Positions 52,703-62,911 of a DNA stretch of 64,000 nt are shown here, piece by piece. The notes under the pieces are model-generated. The model saw only the letters and a program-made list of their open reading frames with translations. It was not told the DNA's origin and did not search any database. The position numbers were made by a program, and so were the translations under genes. Source of the DNA: Polyangiaceae bacterium (lineage in GTDB: Bacteria; Myxococcota_A; Polyangia; Polyangiales; Polyangiaceae). The DNA lies in the NCBI GenBank assembly GCA_050287085.1, contig JBNKBE010000006.1:106381-170380 (forward strand), given 5' to 3'. Position 1 is the first letter of the stretch, and each line of letters opens with the position of its first letter.

Positions 52703-54262
52703 ATGCTCATTCGTCGTGCCCTGCTTTCTGTTTCCGATAAGACCGGCCTCGTGGAGCTCGCACGAGCGCTCGCTGAGCTCGGCGTCGAGCTGCTCTCCAC
52801 CGGAGGCACCTACCGGACGCTTGAGAGCGCTGGGATCCCGGTGCGCAAGGTCGACGACTACACCGCATCACCCGAGGTCATGAGCGGGCGGGTCAAGACG
52901 CTCCACCCTCGAATTCATGGCGGGATCTTGGCGCGAGAAGGCACTGACGAGAGTGACATGGCCCAGATCGGAGCGGGATTCATCGATCTGGTTGTGGTCA
53001 ACCTCTACCCTTTCGCAAGCACGCTGCAGCGCGGAGGCAGCTACGAAGAGTTGGTCGAGAACATCGACATCGGTGGCCCCAGCATGCTCCGATCCGCGGC
53101 CAAGAACCACGCCCGTGTGACTGTTCTCTGCGATCCGGACGACTATGCGAGCACGCTCGCAGAGCTCCAGCAAAACGGCCGTCTCGCAGATGAAACGCGC
53201 CGCCGTCTGGCCGCCAAGGGCTTCACCCACACCGCAGCCTACGACGCCATGATCGCCGAATGGCTAACCGGTGTGGACGAAACCGATGCTCACCCGCGCG
53301 CTCGCTTCTTCGCCCTCGAGAAGTGTTATGGCCTGCGCTACGGGGAGAACCCCCATCAGAGAGGCGCATTCTATCGGGAGCTCAGCGCACCCGCCGGTAG
53401 CTTATCCCGCGCGGAATCGATTGGCACGGGCGCCAAGGAGCTGAGCTTCAACAACCTGGTGGACGCCGACGCGGCGCTTGAAGCGGTACGCGACTTCGAC
53501 GCCCCCGCGGCGGTGGTCATCAAACACGCAAGCCCGTGCGGGGTCGCTACGGCTGACCAGCTGAAAGATGCCTACTTCGCGGCACGCGAGGCGGATGCAC
53601 TCAGCGCCTTCGGCGGCATCGTTGCGCTCAATCGCCCGGTCGATCTGGCCACGGCAGAGCTCATCGCAGAAACATTCATAGAATGCGTGATCGCTCCTGA
53701 CTTCGACGCAGACGCTTTGGGGCGACTGCAAAGCAAGAAGGCACTGCGAATTCTGCGCACCGGTGAGTCACCCGAGGACGCCCCCCTAGGTGTGCAGTTC
53801 AAGCGCATCGGCGGCGGCGTGGTGATTCAAGACCGCGATCTGGGGCGCGGCCAGGAGGTGCGAGCCGGCCGTGTCGTCACTCGAGCACAACCGACGGAAG
53901 CCCAATGGGCGGCTCTCGAGTTTGCCTGGGTGTGCTGCAAACATGTTAAGAGCAATGCCATTGTATTGGCGAGCCCAAGCGCGAACGGCGGCTATGCCAC
54001 CGTCGGCGTCGGCGGCGGGCAAACATCTCGCGTTGGGGCGGTCAAGAACGCCTGCGAAGGCGCCGGCGAGAAGGCGCGCGGGGCGGTGTTAGCCAGCGAT
54101 GCGTTCTTTCCCTTCCCCGACGGGCTTCAGGCCGCGATCGACGCGGGCGTAGCCGCCGTTGTTCAACCGGGTGGCAGCAAGCAAGACGAGTCGGTCATCG
54201 CTGCGGCAGACGCCGCCGGCATCGCGATGGTATTCACAGGACTTCGGCACTTCCGACACTGA
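52703..54262 (+). CDS. purH: Bifunctional AICAR transformylase/IMP cyclohydrolase
   Basis: RRALLSVSDKTG, GRVKTLHP, LRYGENPHQ, ASDAFFPF, RHFRH. Confidence 0.98.
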   Translation: MLIRRALLSVSDKTGLVELARALAELGVELLSTGGTYRTLESAGIPVRKVDDYTASPEVMSGRVKTLHPRIHGGILAREGTDESDMAQIGAGFIDLVVVNLYPFASTLQRGGSYEELVENIDIGGPSMLRSAAKNHARVTVLCDPDDYASTLAELQQNGRLADETRRRLAAKGFTHTAAYDAMIAEWLTGVDETDAHPRARFFALEKCYGLRYGENPHQRGAFYRELSAPAGSLSRAESIGTGAKELSFNNLVDADAALEAVRDFDAPAAVVIKHASPCGVATADQLKDAYFAAREADALSAFGGIVALNRPVDLATAELIAETFIECVIAPDFDADALGRLQSKKALRILRTGESPEDAPLGVQFKRIGGGVVIQDRDLGRGQEVRAGRVVTRAQPTEAQWAALEFAWVCCKHVKSNAIVLASPSANGGYATVGVGGGQTSRVGAVKNACEGAGEKARGAVLASDAFFPFPDGLQAAIDAGVAAVVQPGGSKQDESVIAAADAAGIAMVFTGLRHFRH

Positions 54263-54347
54263 GCCAATACGAGCGCTGCGCTGAGGATGCCGGGCAACGG
54301 ACACTCAGCGCTATCGCGGCGGCCACAGCACACCGTTCGCGGGCTCA

Positions 54348-54917
54348 TCAGTGCGTCGGGTCGCCCAAGCTCTCGCTAGCGGCCAACTGCTCCTCGACCA
54401 ACGCCCTCAGTCGAGCGCGCGGTCCCTTCGCCTTGCCGCCGGCCTGCTCAATGGCACGCACCGCTTGACGCAGTTCGGACACGGGCGTTCTAGGGTGCTG
54501 GGCGAGGAAATCACTAAACGCTTCCGCATCACCAGAGACAAGACGCTCAACCCAAGCTCCACCGGGCGAGAGCGCAACGTTCGGCGCGCCCCGCCCAGGA
54601 TTGGCCAGCTCATCTACCACATCCCGCAAGGGCTCCCAGTCGATGGCCTTGAGCGCACGGCGGATGAGCTTCATCTGACGATTGAGCGCGGGTGGACTCG
54701 TGATCCGCCGCGCCGTCACGACGGCCTCAAGGACGCTTTCGTCGAGTTCCAAGCGGCGAAACTGCTTCTCGGGCAGCGATGTCAAAGCGCGAGCAAGCGC
54801 GATCAGCGCGTCGGCCTCTTGTCGGCGTTCGGTCCTGGCGTCAGAGCGGGAGCGCAAGTCGCGATCGTCCGCTTCCGCCTTCTCGTGCTCGCGAAGCACA
54901 TCCTGCAGCTTTCTCAT
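54348..54917 (-). CDS. yjgA: YjgA/DarP (DUF615) ribosome-associated protein
   Basis: SRS..R..., LARAL..L, ARRIT...ALNRQMKLI, WVERL...F...HP. Confidence 0.8.
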   Translation of the reverse strand: MRKLQDVLREHEKAEADDRDLRSRSDARTERRQEADALIALARALTSLPEKQFRRLELDESVLEAVVTARRITSPPALNRQMKLIRRALKAIDWEPLRDVVDELANPGRGAPNVALSPGGAWVERLVSGDAEAFSDFLAQHPRTPVSELRQAVRAIEQAGGKAKGPRARLRALVEEQLAASESLGDPTH

Positions 54918-54972
54918 GCGTAGTCCGGCTGCCTCTATCCGTCATGACCGAAGGAAATGCAAGGAGACCGCC

Positions 54973-55077
54973 CCGCGATGCCGTCCGGCTCGGGGAAGCG
55001 AGCTTGCTCGCTCCCCGCTCTTTGGGGTTCGGCCGGTAGGAGGGGGTTCGATTTTTGGGGGCCTCCTTTCGTCGCGG
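54973..55077 (+). other. Nested multi-stem structured element (candidate ncRNA or REP/MITE-like)
   Basis: Four nested or adjacent stems, including a CTTG-loop hairpin at 54991-55017. Confidence 0.4.
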
Positions 55078-55222
55078 CCCCATCGCGCGCCACATCTGCC
55101 AGCCAAGGTCCATCAGCGCCAGCTCGACTGCCTCGGCATCCGACGTAGCCTTGGAGCAGGACCGCCATGCACATCATCGCCGGAGGGTGCGGCGGATCGC
55201 TAGCCCCGTTGGCCGATACATG

Positions 55223-55260
55223 TCCTCCAGCTGAGCTTGGCTCCTCCAGCTGTGCTTGGA
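55223..55260. repeat. 19-bp tandem direct repeat upstream of parA
   Basis: TCCTCCAGCTGAGCTTGGC / TCCTCCAGCTGTGCTTGGA. Confidence 0.8.
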
Positions 55261-55386
55261 AGGCATCTTGTCCCCTCCGCGATGGGTTCCGCACTTTTTT
55301 TGGCCGCCGCGAGACGTCCGTGCCATGGCAGCGCACGAGCTTTCGATAACTATTTGCGTGAACGCATATTTGCTACCGGAAAGAAC

Positions 55387-56543
55387 ATGGCCGATCTCCT
55401 CCAAAAATGCTCCGTTTGCTCGCAGCAATTTCATGTGCAGTTCAGCTACCAGATGGAAGAGGCGCGAACGGAAGGCGGAGGCGAACCCAGCGTCGGATTT
55501 CGCTTCTTTTGCTCCCGAGAATGCGTCGCACGCAGCCACGGTCAGAGCTCGGGCCTCGTTCCGTGCAGCGCATGTGGCACCGCCTTTCAGCTGACACACG
55601 CCTCACAGGTGCTCTTCATCAACAGGCAACGCAACTACGCCTGCCAGGAAGCGTGCCGAAAGCAACTCCTTGACGAAGCCCAAGGCGTTCGCCTGGGCCA
55701 GGTTGCGCGTAGCGATGCACCGGAATCCATCGCGGCACAATCGAGCCCGCGAGTCATTGCTGTCTTCAACCACAAGGGGGGGACCGGCAAGACGACAACA
55801 GCTGTCACTCTGGCCGCAGGTCTCGCCGAGCGAGGCATGCGAACGCTGCTGGTCGACACCGACGCCCAGGGCAACGTCGGTGTGTCCTTGGGCATCAAGG
55901 CGCAGCGTTCCTTGTATCACGTCTTGGTCATGGGGCTGAAGCTCTCGGAGGCGGCGCAGAATGCTCGTCCCAATCTTGATGTTCTTCCCGCCAATGAAAC
56001 CCTGGCCGCCGCAGAGCTCTATTTGGCCGGTCGCAAGAACCGCGATCGGGTCCTCTCGGCGCGTCTGGCTCCCGCGCGGGAAAGCTACGACTACGTCGTC
56101 GTCGACTGTTCGCCAAGCCTATCGCTGCTGAATCAAAACGCGCTGGCTTTTGCCGATGCCGTGTTGTGTCCCGTCGCTTGTGACTATCTCTCGCTCGTTG
56201 GCGTGCGACAGGTGGTCAAGACCATCAAGAACGTCAACCGACTACTGGGGCATCCCGTGCGCCTGTGGGGGGTATTGCCCACACTTTACGACCGGCGTGC
56301 CCGCATCTGTCACGAGGCCTTGGAGACGCTGCGGGAACACTTTGGCGACCGCTGCCTGGAGCCCATCCGCGCGGCCATCCGCGTAAAAGAAGCGCCCTCG
56401 CAAGCGCTCACGCTATTCGAGTACGCGGCCGGCAGCAGTGCCACCGAAGACTACAGAAAGGTCGTCGACCGGCTCTTGCTCGAGGCCGGCAACGCTACGC
56501 AACTTGCCGCGCCCGTCGCGGTATCGGCATACCAGGAGGCGAT

Positions 56544-56547
<4 letters not shown>
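55387..56547 (+). CDS. ParA/Soj-family ATPase with two N-terminal TRASH/FCS-like zinc fingers
   Basis: CSVC...FFCSREC and CSAC...YACQEAC, then KGGTGKTT, D.D.QGN, DCSP, EAP. Confidence 0.9.
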
Positions 56548-56858
<311 letters not shown>

Positions 56859-57022
56859 TCCCCAGCTTCCGCGACCGCTGCGGTCGATGACTCGCAGGTG
56901 ATGTAGCGTGCACCTTTCCCGATGCTGCCGTTCGGGAGGGGCGCTCCGCGTAGCGCGGCAGTCTCGGCGCCACCTGCCAAGACGGTGGCGCTAGGTCACC
57001 TCCCCCCTAGCATCGGTGAAAG

Positions 57023-58093
57023 ATGTCGTTTGGTGATGAACCGCCGCAGGACGTGGCTTCGCGACTGGGCATTTCCAGAGCCGCAGCCGAGCTCTTTCAC
57101 GACGCAGAAGTCATCGATCTCCACCTCGATTCCTATATCTGGAGTCGCGTCTTTCGCTACGACCTCCAACGCAGACATGGCCCCGGGCCCTTCGGCGGAC
57201 GTTTCCTCAGCCAAGTGGATGTCCCACGCCTCATCCAGGTGGGCGTCGACGCAGCAACCTGGGTGGTGACCACCAACCCCTTTCGCTCCGAAGCGGGACG
57301 GACCCGTGCCCTACGTGTCAATCTCGATCGATTGGTGCAGGAGTTGGAGCTGAGCCCGCGAGTGCGTCTGGTCCGCGACGTGTCGACCTACCGCGCCGCC
57401 CGTGCCAGCGGGTGTCATGCGGCCTTCGTGGGACTTCAGGGCGGCAACGCGCTGGGGATCTCCGAGGAACACGACGCGGCCCTGGCGAGCGGTCTGATCC
57501 TGCGCGTGACATTGCTGCATCTCACGCGTTCTCACCTCGGTTCGCCCAGCACTTGCAGCACTACTAGGGGCGCAGGCTTGTCTGCGGCGGGCTGCCAGCT
57601 GATAGAGCGGCTCAACGCACACCGCGTCTTCGTCGACTTAGCGCACATCAGCCGCGACGGGTTCTTTCGCGCTCTCGACGTGCATAGCCGGGCTATCCCT
57701 CCCATTGTCACACACACCGGACTGAGTGGGGTTACCCCGAGCTGGCGCAACCTCGACGACGCTCAGCTCCGCGCCATTGCCGACCGCGGGGGGCTTGTCG
57801 GCGTTCTATTTCACAGCCCATATCTGGGCGACGGAACGATCGCCGGGCACTTTCGCTCCTCCTACGAGCGCATCGTCGATCATATCGACCATGTCGTGCG
57901 AAGCGTCGGAGACGAACACGTCTCCCTTGGCTCCGACTTTGACGGCTTCATCAGCCCGCCCCGGGACCTGAGGACCTGCTTGGAGCTGCCACGTCTCGTC
58001 GAGGGCATGCTGCAGCGCGGCTACGGCGAAACCCGAATTCGTCGTATCCTCGGGGGCAATTTCTTGCGCGTTCTTGCCGAGCTGCGAGGATAG
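57023..58093 (+). CDS. Membrane dipeptidase family (peptidase M19)
   Basis: DLHLD, DLAH, VTH, RNLDD, GSDFDG, GGNFLRV. Confidence 0.92.
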   Translation: MSFGDEPPQDVASRLGISRAAAELFHDAEVIDLHLDSYIWSRVFRYDLQRRHGPGPFGGRFLSQVDVPRLIQVGVDAATWVVTTNPFRSEAGRTRALRVNLDRLVQELELSPRVRLVRDVSTYRAARASGCHAAFVGLQGGNALGISEEHDAALASGLILRVTLLHLTRSHLGSPSTCSTTRGAGLSAAGCQLIERLNAHRVFVDLAHISRDGFFRALDVHSRAIPPIVTHTGLSGVTPSWRNLDDAQLRAIADRGGLVGVLFHSPYLGDGTIAGHFRSSYERIVDHIDHVVRSVGDEHVSLGSDFDGFISPPRDLRTCLELPRLVEGMLQRGYGETRIRRILGGNFLRVLAELRG

Positions 58094-58117
58094 GGCGAAG
58101 CCGCCCCATTTCCCCCG

Positions 58118-58789
58118 CTAGAGGGTGAAGTCCCCAACCGGCTCGTACTCTGGGCCACCCAGAAGGTCGGCGTGCCATTCTCCTGCCGCTTCTTCGTCGG
58201 ACTCGCCGTCCTCGAGCTCCGCATCACTGCGCTCCTGCCCCATGTCGAGCAACTCCTCGCGACTCAGGCGCGGCAGTCGACGCTTGCCCTGCGGACCTTC
58301 GTCGACGAACTCACGGAGCGCGTCCATGTCTCGGATTGCCTCCAACTTGGCCAGCGCTTTGACTTCAACTTGCCGAATGCGCTCCCGCGTCAGGTTCATG
58401 ATGGCTCCCACGTCCTCGAGGGTCGTTCCCCCTCGATCGGCTACGTCTAGGGCGCAGGACTCACCCATTTGCCAGATCTCCAGATCCGGAAAATTCAGCT
58501 TGATCGCTCCGGTACGCGGAGAAACATCAATGTACAAATGGTGCTGACACGAAACATAGGGACAAGGCCGGGGCCCGCCTTCGCATTCAACGCGGGACCG
58601 AGGCTTCCAGTAATCGTCTTCAGGATAGAGCTGGCGCCCCACCTCCAGCTCACGTTTCGTCATTCTCTTGACGCTAATCGTCCGAGCGCGTACTGCTCGC
58701 TTGCGCCGTGAGCGTCGCTGCTCCCGTGTGATAGGCTCATCACCGTCGAGTTCGTTCGTCTTGATAGTCGACTGAGCTGGTTCCGCCAT
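58118..58789 (-). CDS. Stand-alone sigma70 region-4 protein with Cys/His-rich domain
   Basis: [14 protein letters not shown]...SCALD, then [27 protein letters not shown]; no region 2; GGGGA SD. Confidence 0.85.
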   Translation of the reverse strand: MAEPAQSTIKTNELDGDEPITREQRRSRRKRAVRARTISVKRMTKRELEVGRQLYPEDDYWKPRSRVECEGGPRPCPYVSCQHHLYIDVSPRTGAIKLNFPDLEIWQMGESCALDVADRGGTTLEDVGAIMNLTRERIRQVEVKALAKLEAIRDMDALREFVDEGPQGKRRLPRLSREELLDMGQERSDAELEDGESDEEAAGEWHADLLGGPEYEPVGDFTL

Positions 58790-59081
58790 GCTGTTCACTT
58801 CCCCAATTTTAGCTAGGTCGAGCGCCCCCCGCTGACCGAATCCGGGTGGTTTGTCGTGCAACTACCGCAGCGCGGCAGGTTGCTAACTATCGGCCGCTCC
58901 CTAGCTCACGAGCGTGGTGCGACCTGTTAACCTGAATGTTTGCCCCACAGCGTCACGGTGGAAAACACCTTCAGCAGGAACGCGACGAAACATAGCTAGC
59001 ACCGGAAGGACGCTCAAAGCCTTTCTCGACAGAATTTTGAGACACACGCGATAGAGTCCATACAGCAGGACCTCGCGCGCA

Positions 59082-59106
59082 TGGTGTGACAAATAATGTC
59101 ACACCA
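59082..59106. promoter_or_regulatory. Perfect 10-bp inverted repeat (operator-like)
   Basis: TGGTGTGACA-AATAA-TGTCACACCA. Confidence 0.7.
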
Positions 59107-59437
59107 AAAGATTGTCCATGGAGCTCATTTGGTGTCCATCGTGCCGGCTCTGCCAACGCCGCTCCCACCACCGCCCCGGGGTGGGCAGCCAAAACGATGA
59201 AGACAGCCACCCTACCTTGTAGGCGTTCAGGCCACCAATTTATGGCGGGACGCAAGCGGATGCTGGCGGGTTGAGCAAGCGCGCCACTCCAGCTCCGCCG
59301 TAGCTGGGCCCCCCATTGCCCCCCTACAGGCTCAAGTTGGGCCCTGCGGCCCTCTGCGTTCTGTCCGGTTCGCCCCACACCAATCAGGGGCCCTTCCAGG
59401 ACACAGCGTCGGTGGACCTGTGATACCCTACGACTCC

Positions 59438-60274
59438 GTGAAGGCACTCACCACGCGAGATGTCAAGAGCAGCGGGATTCGGCTGCGCGTCACCGACGTG
59501 GGGGAAGGGCCAGTGCTCGTGCTGCTCCACAGCGCACTGCTCAACCGAAAGAGCTGGGAGCCCATCCAAGAAGCGTTGAGCCAAGAGTTTCGCTTGATAA
59601 TTCCCGACCTTCCGGGATTCGGAGAAAGTGAGAAGCCCGCTGCCAGTCGCTTTGCGTACACATTCGATGCGTTTCGAGGCGTGGTTACCGACCTGTTTGC
59701 GGGTCTGCAACTAGGGCAAGCACACCTCGTCGGACACGGCCTGGGTGCGTCCATTGCTCTCGGGATCGCAGCGCACCACGCCGAACTCGTCGACCGACTG
59801 GTTCTGTTGGATGCCCACTGCTATCGGACGGGTCAGGACATTGCGCGCAGGCTGGCCGGGATGCCCTTGGCCGGCGGACTTCTATTCAAGCAGCTGCTGG
59901 GCAAAGCGGCGTTCCGCCGATACTTCCGCGACGTGCTCTGCGCCGATCCAAGCCGCATACCCGGAGCTCGCGCCGACGCATTTTTCGAAACGCTAGCGCC
60001 CCCCGAAGGACGGGGCAGCGCACTGCTCACCCTGCGCAACACCAACGACTCCCGCTCCGTCGTCGCGCAGCTGTCTCGTATTGTTACGCCTACCCTGGTA
60101 CTGTGGGGACGTCACGACCGCGTGTGCAGCGCCTCTCTCGGACGGAGAATGGCACGAGAAATCCGGGGAGCGGGTTTCGAGCTGCTGGACGCGGGACACC
60201 TGCCCCATGAAGAAGCACCGGATGCCGTGGCGCAACGGCTGACGGACTTCTGCCATCAGCGTCGCGCCGGATAG
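59438..60274 (+). CDS. Alpha/beta hydrolase fold protein lacking the nucleophile
   Basis: GEGPVLVLLH, PDLPGFGES, GHGLG, PTLVLWG, AGH; start 59420 or 59438. Confidence 0.9.
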   Translation: MKALTTRDVKSSGIRLRVTDVGEGPVLVLLHSALLNRKSWEPIQEALSQEFRLIIPDLPGFGESEKPAASRFAYTFDAFRGVVTDLFAGLQLGQAHLVGHGLGASIALGIAAHHAELVDRLVLLDAHCYRTGQDIARRLAGMPLAGGLLFKQLLGKAAFRRYFRDVLCADPSRIPGARADAFFETLAPPEGRGSALLTLRNTNDSRSVVAQLSRIVTPTLVLWGRHDRVCSASLGRRMAREIRGAGFELLDAGHLPHEEAPDAVAQRLTDFCHQRRAG

Positions 60275-60303
60275 GGCACAAAGACCCTGGACTCAGCGGA
60301 ACC

Positions 60304-62880
60304 TCATTCCGAGGGAAAGGCTGCCACAGGCGGCTTAGTCTTAGGCGGAGGCAAGCGCAGCTTCTTGCGCTTGGGGGCCACGCCCCGCGGCGCTAAGCCC
60401 ACACCGGCCGACGGAACACTCAGCAAGTCCGCCTCCGCCGCAGCTGAACTCACCGCCGCGGCCGGCGCAACCGGCGAGCTTGCACCTGTTGCCGTGGGCG
60501 CAGGCTCAGCCTCGCCTTCGGCCCCATCATCCGGCGCGGCTTCGGTCTCAAGGGGCGGCTCAGGGGCGGCCTCCGCCACCATGGCGCCCGTTCCGGCCGG
60601 CGTCACAGGACTGTGGGGCGAGATAGCCGCGGTCGTCTCCCCGGGAAGAGCAGCCGGTGTCTCACTCCGTTGGCGCAAGAGCAGCCAGCCACCAAACAGC
60701 ACCGCAAGCGCTCCCAGCGAGACGAAGAGAGCTCGATTCCCGCCGCTTCTTGACGGTACACCCGCAATGATCAGAACGTCATCGGTCGCTGGCGCCATAG
60801 AGCCGTGGGGGGCGTCAAAGAACTCCTCGAACTCAGCCTCCGAGCCAACGTCGGGCTGAGAAGACTCGCGCGCAGACTCCTGCGAGGCTGAGGTCTCGGG
60901 CTCATCGTGGGGGTCGGCTTCGCCCTGGGCGGCACCCAGCGCGGCCGCAGCCCGCGGCTCCGCGTCGGGTGGCGTCGCTTCAGCAATAGCTCGAGCCGGC
61001 AATCCCCCCCCCGCTCGCTCGTCCCCGCTGGGTGGCGGAGGCGTTGAGGAGGTCGCTTTGGGATCGACGGGACTCACGAACCCGAGCAGGGTCTTGTGCT
61101 TGCGCACCTCATCAGCCTCGGGCTGTTGCGCCGGGCTAGTGTCGACGACATAGCCGGCCGGCGGCTTCGGCTCGTCACCGAGTCGACCTACAGCCGGCGG
61201 TGGCACCGACGCCCCTGGCGCCTGTGCTACCCCAGAGCCATCAGGCGGCTCTCGAGTCGCGGACACCTGCGGGCTCCTGGGCTCGTTCGAGGCGCCGGCG
61301 GTCGGGATTCCCATCAGCGTTGGATGCAGGCTGGAGCGCACGTCGCGCGCGGGGGTTGATGCTGCCTGCCTCCTATCTTCAGGGGGCAGGGTGGGAGCTG
61401 CCGCCGGGGCGCCCACCTCACCCACTCCCCTGCCAGTAGCCGCAGGGGAAACGTTGGAGACCGATGACGAGCCCCCTCCGTAGCCCGGTGGGGGGCCGAG
61501 GACAGGCGCCAAACCGAGCCGGGTGGTGGATACGTCGCGCTTCAACGTGCGCGCGATCTGACGCTCATCCTCATCTGGCGGGACCAGAGAGAAGGGTTCA
61601 GGCCGTGCGGATGGAGTCGGCAGGGCAGCGCTGCGCTCGGCCGGACGAAGTGTCGGCACCGAAGGCTCCGGCTCCCGGAGGGGCAGCGGATCCGTGCGCC
61701 GCTCAGACTCCGAGCGGGCCTGGGACCGATGCGTGCTGCTTCCGTGTCCCGCAGGCGGCAGTCCTCCGGATGGCATTCCACTCGTGGGTCCGTCCGGGTG
61801 AGCCCCCGCGCTGTCACGAGGTTTCAGAAACTCCCGCTCTGAATAGACGGAGGGCACCGATGGCCTCAAGGAGCGCCGCATTGCGCCGGCGCTCGACTTC
61901 GGTGCGCTCAGCGGTGACAGCTCACCCTGCCCGGAATGAATCTGTCGCAACAGCCCTTCGAAGTACAGCTTCGAGACAACTGTCAGCGTAGACAGATCGT
62001 CGAAGGGCGATTCGTCGATGACCCCCGAGAGCGAACGCGTGCCGTCGAGCAGCCGCACGATCGGGTTCAACTCATCCGGCAGCTCACCAATCCGCTCCAA
62101 GAGCCGCTCCGAGTCGACCTCAAATACGGCAGAAAGCGTCGGCAGTTGTTCGGACAGACGCCCCCACTCATCCATTCGGCGCATCCCCTCCATGAGCAGC
62201 GCCTGGGTTGTGGTCGTGATCGTCTCTTCGACCTCAACCGGCCCAAAATCAACGACGAAACTTCCCCCCGTCCACAGCAGCGTTCTGTACACCGCTTCTT
62301 CACCCTGCAGTCGCCCGAGTTCAGCGTTGACCGTCTGTCCCGCGACGAAATGGATGACCGCTTCTTGACCGCCGCAGGCGATCGTTGCGGTCCCGCTCTT
62401 GCGACTTGCCTCGATCGTCTGCAGCAGATCAACAACCCCCATGTCCTCGAGCGTGCCCGAAAGCTGCATCCGGGTGGCCCCCGTCGTGGACACCAGCCGG
62501 CGTTGCGTCTGCCTAGCCAGAAGCATGTTGACGCGATTTATCAGCTCACGAACGATCGGCGGCTTGATGAGGTAGTCATCGGCCCCCAGAGCAATGCCTC
62601 GCAGCTTGTCATCCAAGGAATCCGTAGAGGCCAGAAATACTATGGGTACGGTCGCGAGTTCCGGACGGGCTCGCACCGTCTTCGTTAACTCAAATCCGTC
62701 AAGGCGAGGCAAACGCGTGTCTGTTAGGATCAGGTCCGGCGTGCCGTACGCCAATTTGTCGAGCGCGTCCGCGCCATCGGTCGCGAGGGTCACCATGAAG
62801 CCCTCGTTCTTGAGGCTGACTTCCAATAAGCGAACCGATCGCGGATCGGCGTCAACGAGTAGAATCTGGGGTTTTGCCAT
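60304..62880 (-). CDS. Response regulator + DUF4388-like + winged-helix domains, Pro-rich linker, TM anchor
   Basis: REC (DLILTD, GADDY..KP); [14 protein letters not shown]...[14 protein letters not shown]; hydrophobic helix near the C-terminus. Confidence 0.85.
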   Translation of the reverse strand: MAKPQILLVDADPRSVRLLEVSLKNEGFMVTLATDGADALDKLAYGTPDLILTDTRLPRLDGFELTKTVRARPELATVPIVFLASTDSLDDKLRGIALGADDYLIKPPIVRELINRVNMLLARQTQRRLVSTTGATRMQLSGTLEDMGVVDLLQTIEASRKSGTATIACGGQEAVIHFVAGQTVNAELGRLQGEEAVYRTLLWTGGSFVVDFGPVEVEETITTTTQALLMEGMRRMDEWGRLSEQLPTLSAVFEVDSERLLERIGELPDELNPIVRLLDGTRSLSGVIDESPFDDLSTLTVVSKLYFEGLLRQIHSGQGELSPLSAPKSSAGAMRRSLRPSVPSVYSEREFLKPRDSAGAHPDGPTSGMPSGGLPPAGHGSSTHRSQARSESERRTDPLPLREPEPSVPTLRPAERSAALPTPSARPEPFSLVPPDEDERQIARTLKRDVSTTRLGLAPVLGPPPGYGGGSSSVSNVSPAATGRGVGEVGAPAAAPTLPPEDRRQAASTPARDVRSSLHPTLMGIPTAGASNEPRSPQVSATREPPDGSGVAQAPGASVPPPAVGRLGDEPKPPAGYVVDTSPAQQPEADEVRKHKTLLGFVSPVDPKATSSTPPPPSGDERAGGGLPARAIAEATPPDAEPRAAAALGAAQGEADPHDEPETSASQESARESSQPDVGSEAEFEEFFDAPHGSMAPATDDVLIIAGVPSRSGGNRALFVSLGALAVLFGGWLLLRQRSETPAALPGETTAAISPHSPVTPAGTGAMVAEAAPEPPLETEAAPDDGAEGEAEPAPTATGASSPVAPAAAVSSAAAEADLLSVPSAGVGLAPRGVAPKRKKLRLPPPKTKPPVAAFPSE

Positions 62881-62911
62881 GACGAGTCAGCCTGCAGCCT
62901 AGCGAAAAGCG

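Noticed and set aside
59085..59103. CRP/FNR box
   Set aside because: The TGTGA-TCACA spacer is 9 nt rather than 6.
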